From Candidatus Electrothrix sp. GW3-4 (GTDB lineage: Bacteria > Desulfobacterota > Desulfobulbia > Desulfobulbales > Desulfobulbaceae), in contig NZ_CP147990.1 in the NCBI RefSeq assembly GCF_037902255.1, forward strand, positions 4,290,001 to 4,322,000: 32,000 nucleotides of DNA, given 5' to 3'. Below are positions 1-9,199 of the stretch, piece by piece. The position numbers and the translations under genes are program-made. The first letter of the stretch is position 1. Each line of letters opens with the position of its first letter. The notes beneath the pieces were generated by a model. The model saw only the letters and a list, made by a program, of their open reading frames with translations, was not told the origin of the DNA and made no database searches.

Positions 1-284
1 GATGTGGATGCCTATGTGCGGGGATGATCCTTTCCTGAGAGGCAAAGGTCAATCAGAGGGCCTTAATTGAGGGCAGCGCTTCATGTCGCAGATTATGACA
101 GCTCATACCGTAGCAACGGGATGGGCTGTTTTTGTTTGAACACGCTGATCAGCAAAAGAACGTTTTGAGTTCTTCGTAATAACCGCCCATCCCTCCCCTT
201 CTGGGAAGGGACAACAAAGCATGAAAGGTGATCGGACGACTCCAAGGAGTTGTCGGTATTTTTATATAAACCGGGAGAGTAGGG

Positions 285-869
285 ATGAAGAAAATGATCT
301 TGATAATGGTAATAATCTTATTACCGGTACAGGGATATGCACTTGAGTTTGATCTGTGGAGAACAGGTGAAACAAAGGAGAAGGTTGTCGCTAAGGCGAA
401 AAAAAACAAGATAGAGCTTAATACACACAAGGTGTCCAGAAGTGACGGTGATGTTATCGCAAATGAGATCCACTATAGCGATGTTCTTTTTCAGGAAGAG
501 GCACAGGTGAGTTTAGTCTTCACCCAAAAAACGAATATGCTCTATGGGATAATCATAGATTGGAGAGATATTGCAATAACAGCAAGGGGGGAAGCGCTGT
601 ATGAAAGGATAGCGAACACACTTGGAGAAAAATATATACAAGATGAAGAGGTTGCAGGGAAGGGGATGATACGGAATAACAAAGAAATTTTTAAAGACTG
701 CACCACAACCATAACCAAATACAAGGGTGGGATCAGCTCGACTCTTTTTCGCTGCAATGAGAAACGCTTTATGAGCGTGAGGTACATAGATAGTAAACTT
801 GAACAGCAAAACGCCTTTGAAGGAAAAAAGACGGTAAGAAAGCGGGATAGTGATAGTGGTAAATTTTAA
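285..869 (+). CDS. hypothetical secreted protein with an N-terminal signal peptide
   Basis: 194-aa ORF. The N-terminus MKKMILIMVIILLPVQGYA looks like a Sec signal peptide. The region is AT-rich and I recognise no family. Confidence 0.5.
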   Translation: MKKMILIMVIILLPVQGYALEFDLWRTGETKEKVVAKAKKNKIELNTHKVSRSDGDVIANEIHYSDVLFQEEAQVSLVFTQKTNMLYGIIIDWRDIAITARGEALYERIANTLGEKYIQDEEVAGKGMIRNNKEIFKDCTTTITKYKGGISSTLFRCNEKRFMSVRYIDSKLEQQNAFEGKKTVRKRDSDSGKF

Positions 870-995
870 GGAAAAGTTGATGCTGGAGACTTTTTTATAT
901 CCCGTTATCCCAGGAAATTGATCGTGAGAAGCTGAACTTCTTTCTCACGTAATTTTTCGATGTGGGCAATCAATGATAAAAAAGGAGACAGAAAA

Positions 996-1169
996 ATGAA
1001 GGAAAGAACAGCTGATTTTTTGCGGATAATCCTGTCCCTGATAATTCCTCCCGTGGGGGTATTTTTTCAGGAAGGCTTTGGGATGCATTTCTGGATCAAT
1101 ATTATTCTGACCTTGTTGGGCTATATTCCAGGGGTACTCCATGCGGTTTGGATTATTTTGAAAAAATAA
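996..1169 (+). CDS. YqaE/Pmp3 (UPF0057) family small membrane proteolipid
   Basis: The sequence FLRIILSLIIPPVGVFFQEGFGMHFWINIILTLLGYIPGVLHAVWIILKK matches the Pmp3/YqaE signature (PP.GV...G....FWINI.LT.LGYIPG..HA). I prefer the internal ATG at 996 because AGGAGA lies at 983-988. The track ORF starts at 960. Confidence 0.85.
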   Translation: MKERTADFLRIILSLIIPPVGVFFQEGFGMHFWINIILTLLGYIPGVLHAVWIILKK

Positions 1170-1321
1170 AGCAGGACGACGTATTGAAAAGGAAAAAGAG
1201 CGACGACCGTGAGATGAGGAGACACGGTCGCCGCAGAGGAAGCTTGGGAGACGGAGATGATCTATCTGATCAGCACCCGTTTGTTCTATATAATCAAGGA
1301 AGAGCGTTGCATTTAATCGAC

Positions 1322-1558
1322 CTAATTTTCAAGGCGGCCCTGCTCTCTAATGGTCGAATACAGACAACATTTTTTCCAATCAACTGTATAACTCATCCCA
1401 TAGATAATCTCGACAACGCTACAGCCGCATTCCCCGATATTTGAGCAGACCTCAGGCTCTCTGCCGACAGCGTGGGTGTTTTTCTTGAGCTGTACCTGTA
1501 CATGCTTTTGGGTCAGAGGGCAGTCATACGCTTTACTGGTTGTATGTCGGGCTTGCAT
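1322..1558 (-). CDS. small Cys-rich hypothetical protein (78 aa)
   Basis: The ATG at 1558 is preceded by a strong AAGGAG (complement of 1565-1570) with a 6-nt spacer. The protein has 7 Cys. It lies downstream of, and on the same strand as, the 1752..2573 gene. No family recognised. Confidence 0.4.
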   Translation of the reverse strand: MQARHTTSKAYDCPLTQKHVQVQLKKNTHAVGREPEVCSNIGECGCSVVEIIYGMSYTVDWKKCCLYSTIREQGRLEN

Positions 1559-1751
1559 GAAAAACTCCTTTCGGTCGATTGATACTGCTCTATGCTATCG
1601 TACTTTTGGGCTGCAACTGAAACAATTGATTATGTCTTTAATAAAACACGTTGATCCAGCCCTTGCAATAAGGCGAACGCCTCATTTTGGTCGGGTAAAT
1701 TGCCCGAGTCCTTTGGGCAGCTTTTTGAAGAGCTTAAAATATAGCGGAGTT

Positions 1752-2573
1752 TTAGGCCCTATCAGGTCTGTCAGGAGTATGATACCAGAGGAGTTTCAGG
1801 CCCAGCAAGATGAATAGGGCGGGGATAAGCCATATGAGATAAAAAGATGCAGGTTCAATAAGATCTTGCCTTGTGCCCGCAGCGGCATACTTATCAGCAA
1901 ATCGTATTCTCGTGTTATCTGCCTGGGTGCTGAATGCCTGGACAAAGGCCGCTGCCTGCTTCTCTGTTGCTCCGTGCTGTATGTATGTTGTATACAGAAA
2001 ATTTGGATTGTCTACCAATTCATGCAGTTGTTTGTTGAAATTGATGTTAAAATTAGGGTCGTAAACAAAGAGTCGCCCGTCAATAGCAACTTCGTTGACA
2101 ACATGCCCGTTGAGCCTGAGGATGACTGAGGTATATCCTTTGCTGTTCATTATCTTGTTAAAGATAATAGCGCATTGGGAGCACATCCCACCACCTAACC
2201 TGATCGCTTTTTCTGGATTGATCCATTGATAATATCCTGAATTGAATGAGTACAGCCAGATTATCCAGTTTTCAAAAAAAGTTGGGTGGAGGAGCTTTGC
2301 GTGTTCAGGGGAAACGAATAAAATACGTTCACTAATAGCTTGTGTTAAACGTTCACCATAGTGTTGAGCATCTTTTGGTGGGTTAGTGTCAATTTTTTGC
2401 CAAAATTCGCTGGCAGAGAGTTTTCTTGTTGTTGGATTGACGGCAAACGAGTCGCCTGGTTCAACGGTTCGAAAATAAGAGAGGCCGAGTGTATTGCTGA
2501 GAAGTAACAACGCTCCTACGAGTAACAGGAGGAATCCACTCAGTCTGAATATGTTGATTTTTTTTCTCATCAT
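1752..2573 (-). CDS. membrane protein with a transglutaminase-like Cys-His-Asp core
   Basis: GGGMCSQCAIIFNKIMNSKGYTSVILRLNGHVVNEVAIDGRLFVYDPN resembles a transglutaminase-like cysteine protease core (C...H...D). There are hydrophobic segments at both termini. The likely start is MMRKK at 2573; the track start at 2621 is a TTG lying in the IS target site duplication. Confidence 0.6.
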   Translation of the reverse strand: MMRKKINIFRLSGFLLLLVGALLLLSNTLGLSYFRTVEPGDSFAVNPTTRKLSASEFWQKIDTNPPKDAQHYGERLTQAISERILFVSPEHAKLLHPTFFENWIIWLYSFNSGYYQWINPEKAIRLGGGMCSQCAIIFNKIMNSKGYTSVILRLNGHVVNEVAIDGRLFVYDPNFNINFNKQLHELVDNPNFLYTTYIQHGATEKQAAAFVQAFSTQADNTRIRFADKYAAAGTRQDLIEPASFYLIWLIPALFILLGLKLLWYHTPDRPDRA

Positions 2574-2620
2574 AGCGTACGAAATGAAAAGAGGTTGTTC
2601 GTTAAAAGGTGGTTGTGTCA

Positions 2621-2652
2621 ATAGGTTACGGGTGCGATTAAAAGTGCGGTTT
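2621..2652. repeat. left IS end: 9-bp target site duplication ATAGGTTAC (2621-2629) followed by the 23-bp terminal inverted repeat (2630-2652)
   Basis: GGGTGCGATTAAAAGTGCGGTTT at 2630-2652 is the exact reverse complement of 4110-4132. ATAGGTTAC is repeated directly at 4133-4141. Confidence 0.85.
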
Positions 2653-4132
2653 CTGACACCTTACGCTGCCTAGCTTATATTCTCCCAATATCTTTCCCAG
2701 TATCCGTCCGCACGGTCAACTCTCAGGGAAAGCATGATTCGGGCATTTTCCGGTGTCCACCATGCACCGGCTATTTTCAGACGTTCCTGGATGACATACC
2801 GGTGCGCACTTTCTATTTCTCCAGAACCGATAGGTAAACCAAGCTGTTGAGCCTCGGGATAGTCAAACTGCCCCGGACGGTTGCTCAGGTAACGCAGGCA
2901 GCAGCGGACAGGTGCATTTTGATCTTCTGTCTTTTTCGGCTCAAGATGAGGCTTCAATGCTTCGATCAGTTTTTCCTCCTGTCCCTTTTTCAGGCGCTCT
3001 TTCTGCTGCTTACTCCATGATCCTTTTCCGTCTTTCCCGGAACATGCCGGTGCAGCAGCCTCCAGGTATTCACAAACATGATAAAAATCGACAAGGTAAC
3101 GTCCCTGTGAACCGAACTGTTTTTTCACCTGCCCGGAAATCCACGTTGCTCCGTCACCCACTGAATGCAGAGATGTACCCCGACCGAATCCCGCACGGCA
3201 GGCGCAATCAAAGAGAACCTTTCCCGACTCGTCAACGTTTTCCTGAAATTCAACGCCGAATTTAAGCGTCCTTTCCCCGAGAACATGAGCTATACTCAGG
3301 CGTGCTTCTTTCCAGGTGTGCTTTTTACCTTTGCGCCGGTCCTTGGCATCTGGATCCGTCAGGACAATCGGAACCATGCTGCCGTCCGTCTCGGCAATAA
3401 CGAAGTCCCGTCCCTTTACAGACGGATATTCTTCAATTCTCTCCTGTCGACGTCTTTCATGTATGTGTCGGGCGTGAGTCTCCGTGACATTTCGGACAGT
3501 ACTTTCCGGTAATGTTATCCCATAATGTTCTTTCAGCTTTTCAGGAACCCGACCAAAGGAATGGTCTGCCCCGAAATCTGTTACAGCACGTTGCAGAGGT
3601 AGCGAGCAGCACCGGCAGGTTATTCCGGCACTTCGGCTGAACGGCCGGTACCGTTTTCCCGGCTGTCTGTACTCCTGCTCAACTACGTGAATTATCCCGA
3701 ACGTCGTGTGCCAATGTGTTTTTTTTACCGCTACGGGTAAAATTACCGTCCGTCGGAAGATCTGACCCAGATTTTTCAATTCGACTCTCCGCCCATCCGC
3801 TTAGCACCTCATTACCCATCCGGCGAACTTCCTCAATGACCTGACTTTCGGCCTCATCAGCTTTTACAATATCCCGTCTCCCTCATCACCGGCTATGGAC
3901 AGAATAGCTTGAATACGCGTTTTCAGATTTGGCTGACGGTTCAATTGATTGAGCAATTCCTTATCTTCCTGTGACAGTGAGGGCATAAATATCTTCTCCG
4001 GGATAATATTATACGAACGGACAACACAGCATCCTGATTATTTGCTGTTTCTTTCTCAAAAAAATCAAAGTAACAGAAGAATACGCTCTCATGCATCCCG
4101 TAATTGATAAAACCGCACTTTTAATCGCACCC
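2630..4132 (-). mobile_element. insertion sequence, 1503 bp, ISKra4/ISLre2-like DDE transposase family
   Basis: It has perfect 23-bp terminal inverted repeats, a 9-bp direct duplication of flanking DNA, and one transposase reading frame set filling the interior. Confidence 0.8.
2670..3986 (-). pseudogene. DDE transposase (ISKra4/ISLre2-like), interrupted: catalytic part 2670..3779, N-terminal parts in other frames up to the ATG at 3986
   Basis: Catalytic-type motifs are present: VIAETDGSMVPIV, VGDGATWI, VDFYHVCEYL, and the C-terminal IGSGEIESAHRYVIQERLKIAGAWW. The N-terminal 40 codons from the ATG at 3986 end at an in-frame TAA (3864-3866). A protein-like continuation, KADEAESQVIEEVRRMGNEVLSGWAE, lies in a second frame. 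The reading returns to the catalytic frame around an A8 run (T8 on the plus strand, 3719-3726). Confidence 0.6.
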
Positions 4133-4141
4133 ATAGGTTAC
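4110..4141. repeat. right IS end: 23-bp terminal inverted repeat (4110-4132) followed by the 9-bp target site duplication ATAGGTTAC (4133-4141)
   Basis: This is the reverse complement of the left end and includes the direct repeat of the 9-mer. Confidence 0.85.
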
Positions 4142-4303
4142 CCTTGCCTACCCCTTTTTTTTTGTCGTTTTTTCAGGGTTATGATCAAGCATACAGGGTG
4201 TCTGTTGCGTAAGGGGCGAGAGCATCCCCTCTCAGTAACGGCGTGAAAAGAAAATGTATATGAACAGGGGCGCGGTTCCCGACCCGCTGGGTCGGGATCG
4301 GGA

Positions 4304-5515
4304 TTAGTCGATTGCAGAGAGAACGTTTTTCAGCTGCTCAATCAGAAGATCAATATCCTCTTGGGCAACAGTCAGAGGTGGAATAAAACGCAACACCCGC
4401 ATTCCGGCAAAATTGATCAGAAACCCCCGTTCAAAGAGGTGTTGAACAATCTCTGTCCCATGCTCTATACCCTTTTCCGTCAGGACCAGAGCAAGGAGCA
4501 TACCGCTGCCGCGAACGTCGGAACAGAGCAGGGGGAATTCAGCTACAACTTCTTTCAACCGTTGGATAAAATATGCGCTTCTTTTCTGCATGGCAGCGAA
4601 AAAACCATCAGCCAGCATGATCTGCAGCACGGCAACCCCGGCTGCCGCAGCCACCGGATTCCCCCCAAAGGTAGAGGCATGGGTGCCCACTGTGAAAGAG
4701 GCCGCGATATCAGAGCGGGTGAGCATGGCCCCGATAGGGAGTCCATTGCCCAGGGCCTTGGCCAGGGTCATGATATCTGGAGTGACGCCCAGCTGCTCAT
4801 AAGCGAACAGGGTGCCGGTTCGTCCCATTCCGGTTTGTACTTCATCAAAGATAAGAAGCAGGTTATGCTTGTCACAAAGGCTCCGTATTTTCTGTAAATA
4901 AGCAGGGTCAAGGGGGCGTACTCCGCTCTCACCCTGCAGGGGTTCACAGAGAATGGCGCAGGTCCTAGGGGTAATGAGTTTTTCCAGCTCATCAGGATCG
5001 CCAAAGCCAGCGTGGACAAAGCCAGCAGGCATGGGTTCAAATCCCTGCTGAAATTTGGGTTGGCCAGTGGCGGCAACCGTGGCCAGGGTTCGCCCATGAA
5101 AGGAACCGGATAAGGAGATGATTTCATAGCGGCCCTTACCGCTGTGAATTCTGGCTAATTTTATTGCTGCTTCATTGGCCTCGGCGCCGGAGTTGGCCAT
5201 AAAAATCCGATCAGCAAAGCTGTTGGCGGTGAGCAGTTCTGCCAGTTTGGTTTGCGGTTCAGTATAAAATAGGTTGGAGACATGCATGAGCTTTTTGGCC
5301 TGTGCACAAACTGCCTCTGTGACTGCTGGATGGCAATGCCCCAAAGAGCAGACAGCGATACCTGCGAGGAAATCCAGGTATTCTTTACCGTCTGCATCCC
5401 AAAGACGACAACCTTCTCCTCGCACCATCGCTGCCGGAAACCGGCTATAGGTCCCTGCAAACACGGCATCACCTTTTTTTTTCCATTTTGTATTGTTCAT
5501 ACTTTCTGCTGTCAT
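4304..5515 (-). CDS. argD: acetylornithine aminotransferase (class III PLP aminotransferase)
   Basis: [55 protein letters not shown] and TFGGNP are typical ArgD motifs. Its ATG overlaps the argB stop (ATGA at 5512-5515). Confidence 0.9.
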   Translation of the reverse strand: MTAESMNNTKWKKKGDAVFAGTYSRFPAAMVRGEGCRLWDADGKEYLDFLAGIAVCSLGHCHPAVTEAVCAQAKKLMHVSNLFYTEPQTKLAELLTANSFADRIFMANSGAEANEAAIKLARIHSGKGRYEIISLSGSFHGRTLATVAATGQPKFQQGFEPMPAGFVHAGFGDPDELEKLITPRTCAILCEPLQGESGVRPLDPAYLQKIRSLCDKHNLLLIFDEVQTGMGRTGTLFAYEQLGVTPDIMTLAKALGNGLPIGAMLTRSDIAASFTVGTHASTFGGNPVAAAAGVAVLQIMLADGFFAAMQKRSAYFIQRLKEVVAEFPLLCSDVRGSGMLLALVLTEKGIEHGTEIVQHLFERGFLINFAGMRVLRFIPPLTVAQEDIDLLIEQLKNVLSAID

Positions 5516-6396
5516 GGTGTAATCTCCGTACCAATCCCCTTATGGGTGAAAATCTCCAGCAGGATGGCGTGTTCCTGCCGTCCATCAATGACATGGGCCT
5601 TGTTTACTCCGCCGTCCAGGGCAGAAACACAACAGCGAAGCTTGGGAATCATCCCGCCGCTGATCACCCCGTCCGCAATCATCTGCTCAATGGCGTTTTT
5701 TCTGATGGAGGAAAGCAGGTTGTCTTCACGGTCCTTTACTCCCTCTACATCGGTGAGCAGGATGAGTTTAGCTGCATTCAGCTCAGCAGCAATGGCTCCA
5801 GCCACCAGATCAGCATTGATATTATAGGCCTGTCCGTCTTCACCTACCCCAACCGGGGCAATGACCGGGATAAAATCCTGGGCATCCAAGGTATCAAGGA
5901 TCTCGGGATTGACCTTAGTGACCTCGCCCACTCGACCGAGATCAATGAGTTCCGGTGGGGCATTGTCTGCTTCCGGTTTGCCAAGCACCTTCATTTTTTT
6001 TGCCTGGACAAGGTCGCCGTCCCGCCCGGAAAGCCCGACCGCCTTACCGCCACAATGATTGATCAGGCCAACGATCTCCTTATTGACTTTACCCACCAGA
6101 ACCATCTCGACCACATCCATGGTCTCGCCGTCCGTAACCCGCATCCCTTGGATATAGTTTGAGGTAATCTGCATCTTTTGCAGGAATTTATTGATCTGGG
6201 GACCGCCCCCATGCACCACCACCGGGTTGAGGCCAATATACTTGAGCAGGATCACGTCCAGAGCAAAATTCTTTTTTAGCTCCTCATCCACCATAGCGTG
6301 ACCGCCGTACTTGATCACCACGGTTTTATGGTTGAACTCTCGTATGTAGGGCAAGGATTCTATGAGTACCTTGGCCTTGGCTATTCCATGTTCCAT
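5512..6396 (-). CDS. argB: acetylglutamate kinase
   Basis: [30 protein letters not shown] and NINAD are motifs of the amino acid kinase family. I prefer the start at MEHGIAK (6396). The longer track ORF to 6528 would translate an intergenic palindromic repeat. Confidence 0.9.
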   Translation of the reverse strand: MEHGIAKAKVLIESLPYIREFNHKTVVIKYGGHAMVDEELKKNFALDVILLKYIGLNPVVVHGGGPQINKFLQKMQITSNYIQGMRVTDGETMDVVEMVLVGKVNKEIVGLINHCGGKAVGLSGRDGDLVQAKKMKVLGKPEADNAPPELIDLGRVGEVTKVNPEILDTLDAQDFIPVIAPVGVGEDGQAYNINADLVAGAIAAELNAAKLILLTDVEGVKDREDNLLSSIRKNAIEQMIADGVISGGMIPKLRCCVSALDGGVNKAHVIDGRQEHAILLEIFTHKGIGTEITP

Positions 6397-6454
6397 AGTA
6401 TGCTCCGATTTGCTTGCTTGAAAAGTAGGCTGGCATTTCGGGTGCGCAGAATTT

Positions 6455-6518
6455 TGTAGGGGCAGACCTGTGTGTCTGGCCGGTACAAGAGGGCGAATAC
6501 ATAGGTTCGCCCCTACAA
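6455..6518. repeat. REP-like intergenic palindromic element (GTAGGGGC...GCCCCTAC)
   Basis: TGTAGGGGCAGACCTGTGTGTCTGGCC ... GGGCGAATACATAGGTTCGCCCCTACA forms two imperfectly inverted ~26-bp halves, each with its own small hairpin. It lies between ychF and argB. Confidence 0.55.
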
Positions 6519-6570
6519 CACCCGTCATAACGGAATGAGTAGGTTATTTTTTGTTAATCCCCTTATGTGT

Positions 6571-7668
6571 TCAGACGTTAAAACGGAAGAGAATACAATC
6601 TCCGTCCTTGACCACATACTCCTTGCCTTCTGAACGCATCAGGCCCTTGTCACGGGCCGCAGGCTCAGAACCGCAGGCGACATAATCCGCATAGGCAATG
6701 ACCTCGGCCCGAATAAAGCCTCGTTCAAAATCGGTATGAATCTTACCTGCTGCCCCGGGAGCGGTTGTCCCTTTGGTGATGGTCCAGGCCCTGGTCTCCT
6801 TTTCTCCCACGGTGAAATAGGTGATCAGTCCCAGGAGCTCGTAGCCAGCCCGGATCAGGCGATGGAGGCCCGGCTCTTCCATGCCCATATCGGCAAGGAA
6901 TTCCTGCTGTTCTTCTGCCTCCAGCAGACTGAGTTCCTGTTCAATGGCCCCGGCAATGGTGACCACCGAAGCCCCCTCCTGGGCGGCAACCTCCTTGAGT
7001 CGCGCGACAAAATCATTGCCCTCAGCAATGTCCTCTTCACTGACATTGGCCACATAGAGGACCGGTTTGGTGGTCAGTAGACAGAGATCACGCATCAACT
7101 CCTGTTGCTGATCTGTTTCCACCTCCATCATCCTGGCCGGTTTCCCTTCATCAAGCAGGCCCTGGAGCTGCTCCAAAAAGGCCGCTTCAGCGATACATTT
7201 CTTATCCCCGGATTTTGCCTGACTTGCCGCCTTCTTCTGCCGCTTGCTCACGGTTTCCAAATCAGCCATGATCAATTCCATGGTGATGACCTCCAGATCC
7301 CGGATGGGATCAATGGAACCATCCACGTGGACGATATTATCGTCCTCAAAGCAGCGGACAACATGGAGGATGGCATCCACCTGACGGATATGGCCGAGGA
7401 ACTGATTACCCAGCCCCTCGCCCTGACAGGCCCCTTTGACCAGGCCCGCAATATCGACAAATTCCATCTGGGTGGGGACCTTGCTCCTGGTCTTAGCCAG
7501 CTCAGCTAATATGTCCAGTCGCTTATCCGGTACCGGCACAACACCCACATTGGGCTCAATCGTACAAAAAGGATAGTTTGCTGCTTCAATCGCTGCTGCT
7601 GTTAAGGCATTAAAGATGGTTGATTTTCCCACATTGGGCAGGCCGACAATGCCGCATTGAAAACCCAT
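6571..7668 (-). CDS. ychF: redox-regulated ATPase YchF (Obg-family P-loop NTPase)
   Basis: [23 protein letters not shown] (G1), [11 protein letters not shown], and the C-terminal TGS-type ending [12 protein letters not shown]. 365 aa, the typical length. Confidence 0.92.
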   Translation of the reverse strand: MGFQCGIVGLPNVGKSTIFNALTAAAIEAANYPFCTIEPNVGVVPVPDKRLDILAELAKTRSKVPTQMEFVDIAGLVKGACQGEGLGNQFLGHIRQVDAILHVVRCFEDDNIVHVDGSIDPIRDLEVITMELIMADLETVSKRQKKAASQAKSGDKKCIAEAAFLEQLQGLLDEGKPARMMEVETDQQQELMRDLCLLTTKPVLYVANVSEEDIAEGNDFVARLKEVAAQEGASVVTIAGAIEQELSLLEAEEQQEFLADMGMEEPGLHRLIRAGYELLGLITYFTVGEKETRAWTITKGTTAPGAAGKIHTDFERGFIRAEVIAYADYVACGSEPAARDKGLMRSEGKEYVVKDGDCILFRFNV

Positions 7669-7843
7669 AGCTCTCTCTGTTTTTCGTTAAAATATTATTG
7701 GTAACTGTAGAATGATTTTTTTCCTCCTCCTCAAAAGAGGAGAGGAGGGAAGAATCTACTTTCTACAATATGTTGTATCTTATCCTTAATTATCCTTATG
7801 TAAGGAGGGGAAGGGCCTTTTGCAAGAATCAATGATATTTTTT

Positions 7844-8683
7844 TCACTGATCAAAGATTGCTGTTTCATAGCCTTTATCGCTGGAAGAGGAGAAAGGAAG
7901 GTTCTGGAAAACCGCTTTGAGCCGTTTGTTCTGGCAGTTCCCCATGCACATCAGGTCGCACATGGGGGGGAGGCCAGTACAGTTTTTTTCACATATTTCC
8001 TGGCAGCAGAGTTGACGTTCAAGGCTGCCAGTCTGTGGGTCCCGGACGCCTAACACCTTCTCCCCCTGGGTAATTGTTGCCGCACAGACATTTTGTTGTA
8101 TCCCTCCTCTGCCCGTAAAGAATTCAGAGCCGGTGACCGTCACTCTGTCTCCCACACGAAAGTAAAAGACAGAGGGACATTTGGCTGTTAATCGTTCTGG
8201 ATAGATATGGATGACCGTATCGGTTTGCTGGTCTGTTTCCACGTCAATGTGGAGACCTCTTCGTCCTGTCAAGGGCTGAACTCTGTATGCAACATTGCGT
8301 ACTTTTCCTTGAATATTGACAAGAGGGTGCTTCCAGGGGCGACCGCATGTTGAGCTGTTTACCATCCTCGTCTGCTGCATTAGGGACGTCTTCTGGGAGA
8401 GGGTTTCCTTCATCTGTCTACGTATCGTTGCAGATGAAGGATTTATGACTCCCCGGTATTGTTTTGCGGAGGACTTTAATTGTTCAGGACGTTCTGCCCC
8501 GTAGACAGCAGGGATACATTCGAAAGCCCTTCCTGCGCCTTTTTCTGGCTGGGACTCCCAACAAGGGAAAAATCCCGCTGCGATCAGAAAGAGAACAATA
8601 ACGACCTTATGAGTTCTGAAAGGTCCTGGTTCTTTTGTTGCGTTCTGACAGTTGGAACAATGAAATGTCGTGTATGCTTTCAT
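7844..8683 (-). CDS. hypothetical membrane-anchored Cys-rich protein
   Basis: I prefer the start at MKAYTTF (8683). It has one hydrophobic anchor (VVIVLFLIAAGFF). A central segment, GLHIDVETDQQTDTVIHIYPERL...FRVGDRVTVTGSEF...ITQGEKVLGVRDPQTG, recalls periplasmic OB-like MamS/MamX-type domains; this is from memory and is a weak call. The C-terminal tail is CCQEICEKNCTGLPPMCDLMCMGNC. Confidence 0.45.
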   Translation of the reverse strand: MKAYTTFHCSNCQNATKEPGPFRTHKVVIVLFLIAAGFFPCWESQPEKGAGRAFECIPAVYGAERPEQLKSSAKQYRGVINPSSATIRRQMKETLSQKTSLMQQTRMVNSSTCGRPWKHPLVNIQGKVRNVAYRVQPLTGRRGLHIDVETDQQTDTVIHIYPERLTAKCPSVFYFRVGDRVTVTGSEFFTGRGGIQQNVCAATITQGEKVLGVRDPQTGSLERQLCCQEICEKNCTGLPPMCDLMCMGNCQNKRLKAVFQNLPFSSSSDKGYETAIFDQ

Positions 8684-8923
8684 GCCGCGAGAGTAACACG
8701 GCCTTCTCTCTGAGGGAAGAATATTTAACAGCAGGAAACGGATACGCAAAAAATGCAAGGTTTTTTGGGGACGATAATGCTCATTGAAGAGTACACTTGA
8801 CGAGCTCGTACATAAAAAAAGATCTTGGTAAATAAGATGACTTTTTTTCATCAGCCCTATATATTTGTTGCTGAACTAATATCCTTATCCGTGAGTGGAT
8901 TTTTTATCGCAACCAACCACCCA

Positions 8924-9199
8924 ATGAACATTATGCAGGAACTGATAGAAGAACTGAAGCAAAAACTTATTGATATCCTGAATCTCAGCGACGTCCAGCC
9001 GGAGGACTTTGACGAACATGCCCAACTGGTCGGCGGAGAACTGGGCATTGACTCCATAGATGTGTTGGAAATGGTGGTTATGGTAGAGAAAGACTACGGG
9101 ATCGTCATTAATAATCAGGAGGTGGGACAGAAGGTCTTTGCCTCTCTGGCCTCTCTGGTTGAGTATATTCAGGAAAACGCACCGGATAAACCCTCCTAA
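8924..9199 (+). CDS. acyl carrier protein-like phosphopantetheine-binding protein
   Basis: LGIDSIDVLEMVVMVEKDYG contains the ACP Ser attachment motif (DS). About 91 aa. Its stop overlaps the KS start (TAATG at 9197-9201). The start is uncertain (8924 or 8933). Confidence 0.8.
   Translation: MNIMQELIEELKQKLIDILNLSDVQPEDFDEHAQLVGGELGIDSIDVLEMVVMVEKDYGIVINNQEVGQKVFASLASLVEYIQENAPDKPS

Noticed and set aside
1-27. A possible 3' end of a plus-strand gene (DVDAYVRG, stop at 25-27).
   Set aside because: Eight codons are too few to support any call.
1200-1234. A 12-bp stem hairpin (GCGACGACCGTG...CACGGTCGCCGC) 30 nt after the yqaE-like stop, considered as a terminator.
   Set aside because: No U-tract follows it. 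It may still be a structural element, but I cannot support a terminator call.
6397-6528. A 44-codon N-terminal extension of argB in the track ORF ([25 protein letters not shown]...).
   Set aside because: The extension translates the REP-like palindromic repeat. The conserved ArgB N-terminus begins at MEHGIAK (6396).
7716-7752. A polypyrimidine/polypurine hairpin (TTCCTCCTCCTC-AAAA-GAGGAGAGGAGGG) between the 7844 gene and ychF, considered as a terminator.
   Set aside because: The T-run precedes the stem on the plus strand, which places an A-run after it on the minus strand. It therefore does not fit an intrinsic terminator for the minus-strand genes. The stem is also imperfect.
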